A DNA stretch of 64,000 nt from a virus. Location: IMG/VR virus record IMGVR_UViG_3300020048_000044, positions 57,734 to 121,733 of that record; one strand, written 5' to 3'. Position 1 is the first letter of the stretch, and every line of letters begins with the position of its first letter. The notes under the pieces were generated by a model. That model made no database searches. It was not told the origin of the DNA and was given only the letters and a program-made list of their open reading frames with translations. The position numbers and the translations under genes are program-made. Positions 36,689 through 46,295 of this stretch are shown here, piece after piece.

Positions 36689-37432
36689 ATGAAACAATAT
36701 ATCAAAGAAAGTCTTAGAAGACATTTAACTGAAAACGAACAAGTAACTGGCAAAAATCTAGCCGATGCTTTGAAGCAGTTTGGTTTAACAGATACAACTG
36801 CAACTGTTAATATTAGTAACGAAAAAACTGGTAAAGAAGATGTATTAACAGTAGTTGCTGATGAAAATGGCAATCTGAAAAAAGGTGGTTTAAAAGAAAT
36901 ATCGACACTAGGAAAAATAGTTATTAGTTGTGTTATAGCAGCAACAGGATTAGCTTCTTGTACCAAAGAAAATATGGGCTACAGCTATAATGCTAATGCT
37001 TTTAAAACCGAATATAAAAAAGGTGGAACACCAAATAAAACTATTGCAGTATATTCTGGCGGTAAGGTTAATTATTTTGATGTTGATACAATGAGACAAG
37101 TAAAAGCTGAACCATCAGCTATCAGTAGTGGTACATTATTAAAAGCAATACCATCACCACAAGAAGCAAAGATTTATTCATTAGGTTTTGATACTAGACA
37201 AGAAGCTGGTGTTGGTGTTCAATCTAACTCATACCTAGATTATAGCGTTGATAAATCGGATTTATATCAAGTAAGTGGGGATTATGGTGGTGAGCCAATT
37301 GATATATGGGAAGACCCAGCATTTATTGACGGTTTAAAATTTGCAGCATCTGACCCAGAATTTTTTAAATCTGAAACAGGTTTAGACCCACAAGAAATGT
37401 TATCAATATATGGAAAATATTTAAAAAATTAA
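36689..37432 (+). CDS. late protein with N-terminal leader and internal lipoprotein-signal-like segment
   Basis: MKQYIKESLRRHLTE; internal LGKIVISCVIAATGLAS-C. Confidence 0.8.
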   Translation: MKQYIKESLRRHLTENEQVTGKNLADALKQFGLTDTTATVNISNEKTGKEDVLTVVADENGNLKKGGLKEISTLGKIVISCVIAATGLASCTKENMGYSYNANAFKTEYKKGGTPNKTIAVYSGGKVNYFDVDTMRQVKAEPSAISSGTLLKAIPSPQEAKIYSLGFDTRQEAGVGVQSNSYLDYSVDKSDLYQVSGDYGGEPIDIWEDPAFIDGLKFAASDPEFFKSETGLDPQEMLSIYGKYLKN

Positions 37433-37494
37433 TTTTTTCTAGAAAATCAATATATTTATAAGTAAGATAATAAGAATAATTAAACCGTAAGAAT

Positions 37495-37686
37495 ATGTCA
37501 GACACAAAAAAAACAGTAAAAATCAAAGAAGCAGAACTTGTTGATTTAATCGATAACATCGTTAACGAAGCAGTTGCTGAGAAAAAGAAACAATGGTTAG
37601 CTGAACAAGCTACTTCATCTAAAACAGCTGTTTTAGAAGGTAAACTTGCTGCTTTAGAGGCTAAAATTAACAAACTTATTAAATAA
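37495..37686 (+). CDS. small coiled-coil late protein
   Basis: KIKEAELVDLIDNIVNE; TATTTATA at 37453. Confidence 0.8.
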   Translation: MSDTKKTVKIKEAELVDLIDNIVNEAVAEKKKQWLAEQATSSKTAVLEGKLAALEAKINKLIK

Positions 37687-37707
37687 GTTTAGTTCTAAAA
37701 TTAAATT

Positions 37708-37735
37708 AAAAGGTTGGGATTTCCCAACCTTTTTT
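37708..37735 (+). terminator. intrinsic terminator
   Basis: AAAAGGTTGGG-attt-CCCAACCTTTT. Confidence 0.8.
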
Positions 37736-37769
37736 GTTTACTTTAAAATGTTTTAGATTAATTTTACAT

Positions 37770-38858
37770 ATGGATAAATTAATAGAAAAATTAGAAAGAC
37801 TTTCAGAACCATTAACTGTTAGTGTTGATAGGGATGATTATATAAGTGCTAGTGAAAAAGCATTCGATTGTGAATTTGATGGAACTTCTAAATTTTATCC
37901 ATGGAAATTTCCAACTAAGATTCCAGAAAAGTTTAAGATTGGTGTTATTGTCGGTTCTTCTGGTTCTGGCAAATCAACCATTCTAAAAGAATTTGGAATA
38001 GAGGAAACGCCCATATGGGACCCAAATAAATCAATTGTTTCACACTTCGATTCACCAGATGATGCTATCAATAAATTAGGTAGCGTTGGGTTGAATTCGG
38101 TACCTTCTTGGTACAAGCCATATCACGTATTATCCAATGGTGAAAAATTCAGAGCTGATTTGGCCCGAAAGATAAAGACTGGTGCTGTTATAGATGAGTT
38201 TACAAGCGTTGTGGATAGGAATGTAGCTAAGGCGGCCAGCGTATCTTTATCTAGATACGTTAAGAATAATAAATTAGAAAATATTGTATTATCAACTTGT
38301 CATTATGATATTATTGATTGGTTGGAACCAGATTGGGTTTTGAATACAGATACAGGTGAATTACTTCACGGTTTTTTTTTTGTCCGACCAAAAATCGTTA
38401 TCGACATATATCGTACAAACTATGATAGTTGGGGAATGTTTAAAGACCATCACTATTTAAACGGAACAGTAAATAAAGCTTCTAGATGTTATATTGCAGT
38501 ATGGGAAGGCCAAGTAATTGGTTTCTTTGCTAGTATGACAATGCCTAATGGTGCGGTAAAGAATGGGTGGCGAGGACATAGGGTAGTAATACTACCAGAT
38601 TTTCAAGGACTTGGTGTTGGTGTAAGGTTTATAGATGCGATGGCCCAATTACATATAGATGATGGGTTAAGATTTTTTGCTAGGAGTGCTCACCCAAGGA
38701 TAATTAATTATCAAGAAAACTCACCATTGTGGAAGCCAACTAGTAAACATAAACGCTTACGTACAGATGTAACACATGAAAAAGTTTTTAATAATCATTT
38801 TGTTGATAATAAGAGATTATGTGGTAGTTTTGAGTATATTGGCGAAATTATTTTGTGA
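37770..38858 (+). CDS. ABC-type ATPase fused to GNAT acetyltransferase
   Basis: Walker A GSSGSGKST, LSNGEKFR signature, IDEF Walker B; GNAT motif RVVILPDFQGLGVG. Confidence 0.85.
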   Translation: MDKLIEKLERLSEPLTVSVDRDDYISASEKAFDCEFDGTSKFYPWKFPTKIPEKFKIGVIVGSSGSGKSTILKEFGIEETPIWDPNKSIVSHFDSPDDAINKLGSVGLNSVPSWYKPYHVLSNGEKFRADLARKIKTGAVIDEFTSVVDRNVAKAASVSLSRYVKNNKLENIVLSTCHYDIIDWLEPDWVLNTDTGELLHGFFFVRPKIVIDIYRTNYDSWGMFKDHHYLNGTVNKASRCYIAVWEGQVIGFFASMTMPNGAVKNGWRGHRVVILPDFQGLGVGVRFIDAMAQLHIDDGLRFFARSAHPRIINYQENSPLWKPTSKHKRLRTDVTHEKVFNNHFVDNKRLCGSFEYIGEIIL

Positions 38859-39528
38859 TGAATTCAAATAAACCTATGGTAATAAAACTACCATCAGCTG
38901 TTTTATAAGTATGATTTTCAATAACTCTCACCGAAGCTGACACATTGTTTAAGTTATGTTTTTGCATATATGAGGTTGAAGCGTTTGATTTAGCTAATTC
39001 AAGACCTAAAGATTGTGAAGACGTTTTACCTATTCCGAAAACTACGTTTTCGTTTGCTTTAGATTCCATTCTTGTTTTTGCTTGTGCGAATGTTTCAGCA
39101 TTAGGTGGTGCTAGAAATTCTTTTGGTGAATTATCTTGCTTATTGGTTACTTGTCCGATTGTATTACTAACCTTATCTTTTATTTTTTGAAATGGATTTT
39201 GTGCTTTGGCTGCATTCATTCCACCAAATGCTAAAGCACCACCTAATGCTGCTGTAGCTATGGTTTTACCAAATCCTTCATCAAGTGTTTTACCACCAAA
39301 AATAGATTCATAATCATCCATTGTTAAAGTTTTACCATTTTTTGATAATTCTATCATTTTTTCGGTTGCTTTATGTAAATCCATATCTGTTTTAGCATCT
39401 TCTTTAGAATATTCCATAACTCTTATTAGAAACGGGATATTCATTGATACTACATCGGCTGAATTATTATTTTTTTGTGCTGTTTCTCTAAGTAATTGTT
39501 TGATTAGAGATTTTCCTGTATGTTCCAT
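38848..39528 (-). CDS. late protein with leader and internal signal-peptide-like segment
   Basis: SLIKQLLRE; LDE-GFGKTIATAALGGALAFGGMNAAKA-Q. Confidence 0.8.
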   Translation of the reverse strand: MEHTGKSLIKQLLRETAQKNNNSADVVSMNIPFLIRVMEYSKEDAKTDMDLHKATEKMIELSKNGKTLTMDDYESIFGGKTLDEGFGKTIATAALGGALAFGGMNAAKAQNPFQKIKDKVSNTIGQVTNKQDNSPKEFLAPPNAETFAQAKTRMESKANENVVFGIGKTSSQSLGLELAKSNASTSYMQKHNLNNVSASVRVIENHTYKTADGSFITIGLFEFITK

Positions 39529-39541
39529 GATTATAATTTAT

Positions 39542-40447
39542 TTATTTTTTTTGTAATTTTTTAGCCCAATTAATTGATTTTATTACTGGTGTTAAAACAA
39601 ATGCTAAAACACTGATTATTTGTAGTCCAATAACAACATTTCCGAGAATTTTTTGAACAGTTTTTTGTTTAAACCATTTAACTATATCAATAGCGTTATT
39701 ACCAATAGTATTAAACCATTCTAAAATAGGTTTTATATCAAAAGTAGCTAGTGCTGAAAGTTCGAAATCTTTAAAACCAGCTAAAAAATTTGCTACTGCA
39801 TCTGTTAAGTTACTTAAAATATCTTTAAGACCAACTAATTCGTTACCAAAATTTACTAATTTTATTATAGTGTTATCATATAACCATTTAAGTAATGCGG
39901 CAAACCCCATTATAGAAATAAAGGTAAATAATCCGTCACCACTAGATAATTTATTGACTATGTTTTCTATTTTAGTTATTATATTATCAAAACCAGTTTT
40001 AAAATTTGTACTAGAAGCACCAATAAAACTAGTTATATTACCCCAAGCAGTTTTAATACTATTGAAAATGCCACTTAAAACACCTTTTATACTTTTCATA
40101 GCTGGTATCATAAACTCTGGATTTATCCATAAATCCCATATTAAAACAGCGGCATCCTTAAGCGTTGAGACATCTGTTACTACTTGAGTTATTTTTTCTT
40201 TAGTACCAGCAATCTTACCACCAATATAATTTCTTAATGTTTCACCGAATTTACTAACTTTTTCTTCTTCTTCAATAATTAATCGTCTAATTTCAAAAGA
40301 GATAGATTCATTTAATGGCACATCAATACCTAGTATATGCTTAATATATATTGGATTTTCAATCAGTGCTAATGATTCTAATGATAGGTTATTTCGTCTA
40401 TCATTAAGTAATAATTCTTCTTTTAAAAGTTGTCTAGTTGAAATCAT
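39542..40447 (-). CDS. multi-helix membrane-associated late protein
   Basis: TRQLLKEELL leader; several hydrophobic or amphipathic helices; track start is 40480. Confidence 0.75.
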   Translation of the reverse strand: MISTRQLLKEELLLNDRRNNLSLESLALIENPIYIKHILGIDVPLNESISFEIRRLIIEEEEKVSKFGETLRNYIGGKIAGTKEKITQVVTDVSTLKDAAVLIWDLWINPEFMIPAMKSIKGVLSGIFNSIKTAWGNITSFIGASSTNFKTGFDNIITKIENIVNKLSSGDGLFTFISIMGFAALLKWLYDNTIIKLVNFGNELVGLKDILSNLTDAVANFLAGFKDFELSALATFDIKPILEWFNTIGNNAIDIVKWFKQKTVQKILGNVVIGLQIISVLAFVLTPVIKSINWAKKLQKK

Positions 40448-40448
40448 T

Positions 40449-40850
40449 TTATTGGTATAACTCTGGGTGTAATTTCCCATATTTTCTTATTATTATTCCA
40501 GCAACAGCATTTGCTTCGTTTTCAATTGGACTACCATCTTCACCATCTTCGGCAATATTTAATAATCTATCTTCAATATTTTGTAAGTGATGAACAAGTT
40601 CATGTGCTATTGAACGACATACATCGATTATAGCTCTATCTTTAACATATATTTTAATGAATCCTTTAAGGTCATAATATGCAGTTGTAGTAAGGTCTGG
40701 TGTTCTTTCATATGCAAGAGCAACCTTAACATCATCTGTAATACCTAAATATTGTTTAGCAAAATTTACGAAGTCAGAAACAGTTCTAACATCGGTATCT
40801 TCTTTGGTGAGAAGTCTTTCCCTAAGAAGTTGTTTAATTATTGGTTTCAT
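40449..40850 (-). CDS. HExxH zinc-metallopeptidase-like protein
   Basis: MKPIIKQLLRERL leader; RSIAHELVHHLQ...ENEANAVAG. Confidence 0.65.
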   Translation of the reverse strand: MKPIIKQLLRERLLTKEDTDVRTVSDFVNFAKQYLGITDDVKVALAYERTPDLTTTAYYDLKGFIKIYVKDRAIIDVCRSIAHELVHHLQNIEDRLLNIAEDGEDGSPIENEANAVAGIIIRKYGKLHPELYQ

Positions 40851-41454
40851 TTGATAAGTCATAGTTTTTAAATCTATCTGATGGTTTGATTATCATAGTG
40901 TTAACGATTTTTCTCATGTTATATAGAACCATCATTGTTTCACCCCACCCAAAAGGATTATCAACCAATTCATAATCGATTCCATTATCAATATAAAATT
41001 GTCTTAGGAATTTAGTATTACTTGGTTTTATTGCTTTTTCATTAATTATTATATTATTAAAAATATAAGCTTTAATTTTATTTTCATTATTATATTTTTG
41101 TAATCTTTCGATTACAGTTTGTTTCATAGATGGTATAACATATGTTTTAATGAATTCCGTTACCGTACTAATATCTAATAGAGCATCGTTTAATTCTACC
41201 CCTTTTTCAACTGTAATTAGATATAATTTCCTACTACCTTTAGAATATTTCATAGCAGTATCATGGTGTGTGGTTAAATATAACCCTGGTCCATATTCGT
41301 ATCTACCATTTTTTTGTGAAATAACATCATTAAATTCATTAAGATTACCGCCATGCCAAAAATTCATAGTATTTGGAATATTTGGTGGTGTAATATAGTT
41401 TTCTTCTTTTTCAAGAAGTCTTTCCCTAACTAAATTTTTAATCTTATCTTTCAT
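40834..41454 (-). CDS. ADP-ribosyltransferase-fold protein (H-Y type)
   Basis: MKDKIKNLVRERL leader; FWHGG..YGPGLYLTT..AMKYS. Confidence 0.55.
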   Translation of the reverse strand: MKDKIKNLVRERLLEKEENYITPPNIPNTMNFWHGGNLNEFNDVISQKNGRYEYGPGLYLTTHHDTAMKYSKGSRKLYLITVEKGVELNDALLDISTVTEFIKTYVIPSMKQTVIERLQKYNNENKIKAYIFNNIIINEKAIKPSNTKFLRQFYIDNGIDYELVDNPFGWGETMMVLYNMRKIVNTMIIKPSDRFKNYDLSNETNN

Positions 41455-41467
41455 ATAATATAAATAT

Positions 41468-41495
41468 AAAAAACCCCACAAAAGTGTGGGGTTTT
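41468..41495 (-). terminator. terminator after clpC
   Basis: AAAACCCCAC-aaaagt-GTGGGGTTTT. Confidence 0.75.
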
Positions 41496-41499
41496 ATTT

Positions 41500-44016
41500 T
41501 TATTTTGTTTTAGGTGTTTTAGGTGGCTTAGCCGCTTTGATAACCAATTCGGTTTTTTCTTTATTCAAGGTGATATTAATTATTTCACCTTCACCTATTG
41601 TACCGTTTAGTATTTCATCAGCTACTGGGTCTTCAACGTAGTGTTGAATCGCTCTAGTTAATGGCCTAGCACCATATATTTCATCATAACCTTGTTCAGC
41701 TAAGAATTCAATTGCTTCTTCATTGATATTAAGCTTATAATTCATTTCACTAATACGTTTTTCAAGATTAGCAATTTCCAAATAAATTATTTTACCAATA
41801 TCTTCTTTTTTCAAACCATTGAAAACGATAGCTTCATCAATACGGTTAAGGAACTCTGGTCTGAATTTCTTTTTAAGAGCTTTTTCAATGATATCACGAC
41901 TTCTATTATCCTCAGAAAGAATACTAGCAGCAGTTTCAAATCCCATGTTTTTACCAAATGAATTAGCTTCTTTAACACCAATATTAGATGTAAGAATAAT
42001 AAGTGCATTCTTGAAGTTTACCTTACGTCCAAGACCATCGGTTAATTGTCCTTCATCAAGCATTTGTAATAAAAGATTATAAACATCATCATGTGCTTTT
42101 TCAATTTCATCAAATAAGATTACACAATGTGGTTTTCTACGCACTTTTTCAGTTAATTGACCGCCTTGGTCATAACCCACATAACCTGGAGGTGGACCAA
42201 TAAGTCTAGATACAGAATGTTTTTCCATATACTCTGACATATCCATTCTAATCAATGCATCTTTGTCACCAAAGATATGTTCAGCCAATAGCTTCGCAAA
42301 TAGCGTTTTCCCGACTCCTGTTGGACCCAAAAAGATAAATGAACCAACTGGCTTATTTTTATCTTTGATGCCTATACGGTTACGTTTAATAGCTTTAACG
42401 ACTTTGGTAACTGCTGAGTCTTGTCCAATAACCTTACCCATAAGTTCTTTATCCATATCCATAAGCTTTTTACTTTCTTGTGTAGATATTTTAGATAAAG
42501 GAATACCAGTCATCATTGAAACAACTTCTGAAATTATTTCAACACCAACGATAGTTACTTTTTTATCCAATTTATCTTGCCAATCACTTGTAGCGATTCT
42601 AAGTTCTTCTTCAACAGCTTTTTCAGCATCTCTTAATTCAGCAGCTTCTTCATATCGTTGTTTGATAACGACTTCTTTTTTCTTTTCGTTTATTTTTGTT
42701 TTTTTGGCTTCAAGTTCTTTGATAATTTCTGGTTTTTCAGTTGTTACATTGGTTGATGCACCAGCTTCATCTAATACGTCAATAGCTTTATCTGGCATAG
42801 CTCTTTCCATAATATATCTAGCCGAAAGCTTAACACATTCTTCAATTGCTTCATCAGTATATTTAACCTTATGATGTGCTTCGTATTTATCCTTAATGTT
42901 AGTAAGAATAGCTTTGGTTTCATCCAACGTTGGTTCTTCAACAAGAATTTGTTGGAAACGTCTAGTTAATGCACCATCTTTTTCAATGTTTTCACGATAT
43001 TCATCAAGTGTAGTAGCACCAATGATTTGGAGTTCTCCACGAGCCAATGCTGGCTTGAATATATTTGATGCATCTAGCGAACCAGAAGCATTTCCAGCAC
43101 CTATAATAGTATGTAATTCATCAATGAATAAGATTACATCTGGGTTAGCTTTACATTCTTCTAATACAGCTTTCATTCTTTCCTCGAATTGGCCACGGTA
43201 TTTGGTACCAGCGACTATTGAAGCTAGGTCAAGAGTAAAGATTCTTTTACCAGCAAGAGTTCTAGAAGCTTCACCGTCTTTGATAAGCTTAGCAAGACCT
43301 TCAACAATGGCAGTTTTACCCACACCTGGCTCACCTATAAGAACTGGGTTATTTTTTTTCCTACGTGATAGGATTTGAGAAATACGTTTTATTTCTGGTA
43401 GTCTACCAATAACTGGGTCTAATTCACCTTTTTCAACTGCCTTAGAAATATCTCTACAGAAATTATCTAAAACTGGCGTTTTGCTTTTGGTTTCATTTTG
43501 TTTTGGTTTCTTTTTAAATGATTCATTTTCTTCAATGTCATCATTTTCAAAAGCACCATTTGTTGAGTCTTCTTTCATCGTGTTTTTAAATCTGTCATAT
43601 GTTATTCCATAATAATTGAGAAATTCATTTATATGGGCTTTAGACGCTAAAATAGCTAACATGATATGCGTTGTATCAATCATATTATCATTTAATTTTT
43701 CACACTCAGAATCAACTAGCTTCATAATAGCTTTAGTTTCATCAGAAAATGGTAGTCTTCTACTACTAATTGATGGGACTCTTGGTGTTAAGTCAGTCTT
43801 TCTAATGAAGTCACACATTCTATCGTATAGGTCATTTATATCGATACCGATACTAAATTTTTTTAAAACCTTAACACATTCATTATCACCATCTGTTAAT
43901 ATTGATAGGATAATATGTTCTGGTTTTACCTTTACATCGTCAAAATACTTAGCTTCTTTGATAGATTGGGTCATTATTATTTTAACCTTAGGGTAAATTT
44001 CTCTATTCATACTCAT
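41500..44016 (-). CDS. clpC: ClpC-type AAA+ chaperone / Clp protease ATPase subunit
   Basis: Clp N-repeats, GEPGVGKT, IDELH, UVR-like QRYEEAAELRD, GPTGVGKT, LFDEIEKAH, MGF loop, RPEFLNR, GARPL. Confidence 0.93.
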   Translation of the reverse strand: MSMNREIYPKVKIIMTQSIKEAKYFDDVKVKPEHIILSILTDGDNECVKVLKKFSIGIDINDLYDRMCDFIRKTDLTPRVPSISSRRLPFSDETKAIMKLVDSECEKLNDNMIDTTHIMLAILASKAHINEFLNYYGITYDRFKNTMKEDSTNGAFENDDIEENESFKKKPKQNETKSKTPVLDNFCRDISKAVEKGELDPVIGRLPEIKRISQILSRRKKNNPVLIGEPGVGKTAIVEGLAKLIKDGEASRTLAGKRIFTLDLASIVAGTKYRGQFEERMKAVLEECKANPDVILFIDELHTIIGAGNASGSLDASNIFKPALARGELQIIGATTLDEYRENIEKDGALTRRFQQILVEEPTLDETKAILTNIKDKYEAHHKVKYTDEAIEECVKLSARYIMERAMPDKAIDVLDEAGASTNVTTEKPEIIKELEAKKTKINEKKKEVVIKQRYEEAAELRDAEKAVEEELRIATSDWQDKLDKKVTIVGVEIISEVVSMMTGIPLSKISTQESKKLMDMDKELMGKVIGQDSAVTKVVKAIKRNRIGIKDKNKPVGSFIFLGPTGVGKTLFAKLLAEHIFGDKDALIRMDMSEYMEKHSVSRLIGPPPGYVGYDQGGQLTEKVRRKPHCVILFDEIEKAHDDVYNLLLQMLDEGQLTDGLGRKVNFKNALIILTSNIGVKEANSFGKNMGFETAASILSEDNRSRDIIEKALKKKFRPEFLNRIDEAIVFNGLKKEDIGKIIYLEIANLEKRISEMNYKLNINEEAIEFLAEQGYDEIYGARPLTRAIQHYVEDPVADEILNGTIGEGEIINITLNKEKTELVIKAAKPPKTPKTK

Positions 44017-44108
44017 GGTTTGTTTTTTTTTACAAAGATACTAATTATTTTTCATTAAAGCAAGTTGCTTTTCTCAATAAATATTTGTATATTTGTATAA
44101 AAATATTT

Positions 44109-44300
44109 ATGAAGATTTATAAAAAATTATCAATTTTAGTCAAAGGTGAAGGTATTACCCAGACTAAGTACGAGTTTGAGAATTGTTGGTATGAAATAAA
44201 TAACGGTTATTTTATTTTATCAACTGAAAATAAAAAGCTTGACAACACTCATAAAGTTTTCAATATGAACCAAATAATTTCTTTTAGAACCGAACAATAA
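44109..44300 (+). CDS. hypothetical protein
   Basis: Promoter TATATTTG at ~44087, divergent from clpC. Confidence 0.7.
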   Translation: MKIYKKLSILVKGEGITQTKYEFENCWYEINNGYFILSTENKKLDNTHKVFNMNQIISFRTEQ

Positions 44301-44322
44301 CAATAAAATAAATAAACAAAAA

Positions 44323-44769
44323 ATGATTTTAAAAAGACAAGAAAAAGACAGCGTAGTTAAAGCTATGTACAACTCTAGCAACATTCTAGCTAGTATCTAT
44401 AACAAAGAAAACAACGATTTAACTCTTATTTTCAATAAAGGTACACAGTACAAATATGCTGGTGTTACTTCTACTGATTACACAAGATTCGAATTAGCTG
44501 AGAGCCAAGGCAAGGTTTTTAACTCACATATCAAAGCATATTCATTTGAAAAGTTGGATGCGATTGACCCAGTTAATATTCTTAAAGAAGTTAATGAGAT
44601 GAAAGAAGCTGAAGCAAAAGCTTTATTGAAAGGAATGAGTTCTAAATTGATTACCAACATGAAATCAATCATTGCCGCTGCTGAATTAGGAGATACAGTT
44701 CTAGAACCAAAACAACTTCAAGAATTACAAGCTTATATAACTGTTTATGTAACCGAAGCTACTAAATAA
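44323..44769 (+). CDS. KTSC-domain protein
   Basis: SSNILASIY..LTLIF..G.QYKY.GV..F..AESQGKVFN.HIK. Confidence 0.85.
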   Translation: MILKRQEKDSVVKAMYNSSNILASIYNKENNDLTLIFNKGTQYKYAGVTSTDYTRFELAESQGKVFNSHIKAYSFEKLDAIDPVNILKEVNEMKEAEAKALLKGMSSKLITNMKSIIAAAELGDTVLEPKQLQELQAYITVYVTEATK

Positions 44770-44969
44770 TGATACAAGAAGAAATAGAAATTGTAATTGG
44801 TACTTTAGCTAAGATTGGTGTACCTAAAGATGTAACTCTTAGTATAATGGAAGAATTAATGGATAATGCGTCAAAATATGCTAATAATCAAGAAGCAATT
44901 GATTTAATGCTTAAAGAAAAATTAGATGATGAATTATATCAAAAACTAAAAAACATAACCAATGAATAA
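44769..44969 (+). CDS. hypothetical protein
   Basis: TAATG coupling. Confidence 0.7.
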   Translation: MIQEEIEIVIGTLAKIGVPKDVTLSIMEELMDNASKYANNQEAIDLMLKEKLDDELYQKLKNITNE

Positions 44970-46236
44970 ATTAGATAGAGATTATCAAAACCTTTTGAAG
45001 GATATCCTTGAAAACGGTAACAAAAAGATGGACCGAACTGGTACTGGAACGCTAAGCATATTTGGTAGAATCATTAGACATAAGATGTCAGATGGATTTC
45101 CCTTATTAACAACTAAAAAGATGTATACCAAAGGTATCATAACAGAACTTATTTGGTTCTTGCGTGGTGATACCAATATCAAGTATCTTGTTGAAAATGA
45201 TTGTCATATATGGGATGGGGATGCTTATAAAGCTTATGCTACTTCACACATAAGAAAAACAAGAGAACAACAAGAAAAAATGAGGGCGAATGGTTGGGAA
45301 AGTATAAGTTTAGACCCACATTATTTATCAAAAGAAGAATTCATTGAAAAAATAAAAACCGATGCTGACTTTGCTGAGAAGTGGGGTGACCTTGGACCAA
45401 TTTATGGTAAGCAATGGAGAAATTGGGGTGAAAGAAGAGACGATTCAATTGACAATGAATACTTTGTTGGTATAGACCAAATAGCAAACTTAATTCACGA
45501 CCTTAAAAACAATCCAGATTCAAGACGATTGATAGTTAATGCTTGGAATGTTGGTGAAATTGATAATATGGTGTTACCACCATGTCATTATGGGTTCCAA
45601 TGTTATACTAGAGAATTAACAGAAAAAGAAAGATGGAATTGTTTACGTGAGTTATCAATCGGTCACATTATCCCATGGGATAGAATGGGTTTACCACAGC
45701 ATGAATGGTTCGATAAGTATACAACCATATATAATACAAATATACCAATTTCAATTCCTAAACGAGCATTAACATTAATGTGGGAACAACGAAGTGTAGA
45801 TACTTTTTTAGGTTTACCGTTTAATATTGCTTCTTATGGACTTTTATTAGAGATACTAGCCAAAGTGTGTAATATGGTTCCAGACGAGCTTATAGGTGTC
45901 TTAGGTGATACTCATTTGTATTTGAATCATATCGAACAGGCCAAAGAACAAATTGGTAGGGAGATGACAAATGAAGAACGTAATGAGTGGTTTGTAAAGT
46001 ATTTATCTGATGGAAAAATAAAAGATAATTTGAGTGATTTAGAACTAGAGCAAGCATTTGTACCGAGAGAAACAAGGGAACCATACAAATTACCTAGCTT
46101 GGTTCATATGAATACTAATGCTTTCTATAATAGCTTATCTAAGGATGTTTCTTTGTTTGGTCATTTAAAACCAGATGATTTTATATTTGATAATTATAAA
46201 TCACACCCAACAATAAAAGCCGATTTATCAAATTAG
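44962..46236 (+). CDS. thyA: thymidylate synthase with insertions
   Basis: DRTGTGT, FPLLTTKK, ELIWFLRG, LGPIYG.QWR, SRR, LPPCHY, QRSVD, PFNIASY, DTHLY.NH. Confidence 0.97.
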   Translation: MNKLDRDYQNLLKDILENGNKKMDRTGTGTLSIFGRIIRHKMSDGFPLLTTKKMYTKGIITELIWFLRGDTNIKYLVENDCHIWDGDAYKAYATSHIRKTREQQEKMRANGWESISLDPHYLSKEEFIEKIKTDADFAEKWGDLGPIYGKQWRNWGERRDDSIDNEYFVGIDQIANLIHDLKNNPDSRRLIVNAWNVGEIDNMVLPPCHYGFQCYTRELTEKERWNCLRELSIGHIIPWDRMGLPQHEWFDKYTTIYNTNIPISIPKRALTLMWEQRSVDTFLGLPFNIASYGLLLEILAKVCNMVPDELIGVLGDTHLYLNHIEQAKEQIGREMTNEERNEWFVKYLSDGKIKDNLSDLELEQAFVPRETREPYKLPSLVHMNTNAFYNSLSKDVSLFGHLKPDDFIFDNYKSHPTIKADLSN

Positions 46237-46295
46237 CCAACAATCAAAGCAGCTTTTTCGTTAATTTAATATATTTATATTAAAACATATGGTTT

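Noticed and set aside
41811-43996. Several + strand ORFs opposite clpC, and similar ones opposite portal, scaffold and others
   Set aside because: Antisense shadows of strongly biased genes; no promoter, start context or protein-like composition.
44962-46236. Group I intron or intein in thyA (as in T4 td)
   Set aside because: The ORF is continuous with all motifs in one frame; no intein ends; the endonuclease is free-standing downstream.
46234-46270. TAG read-through or amber recoding as in Lak/crAss phages
   Set aside because: Long genes translate without internal TAG breaks under the standard code, and TAG serves as a normal stop.
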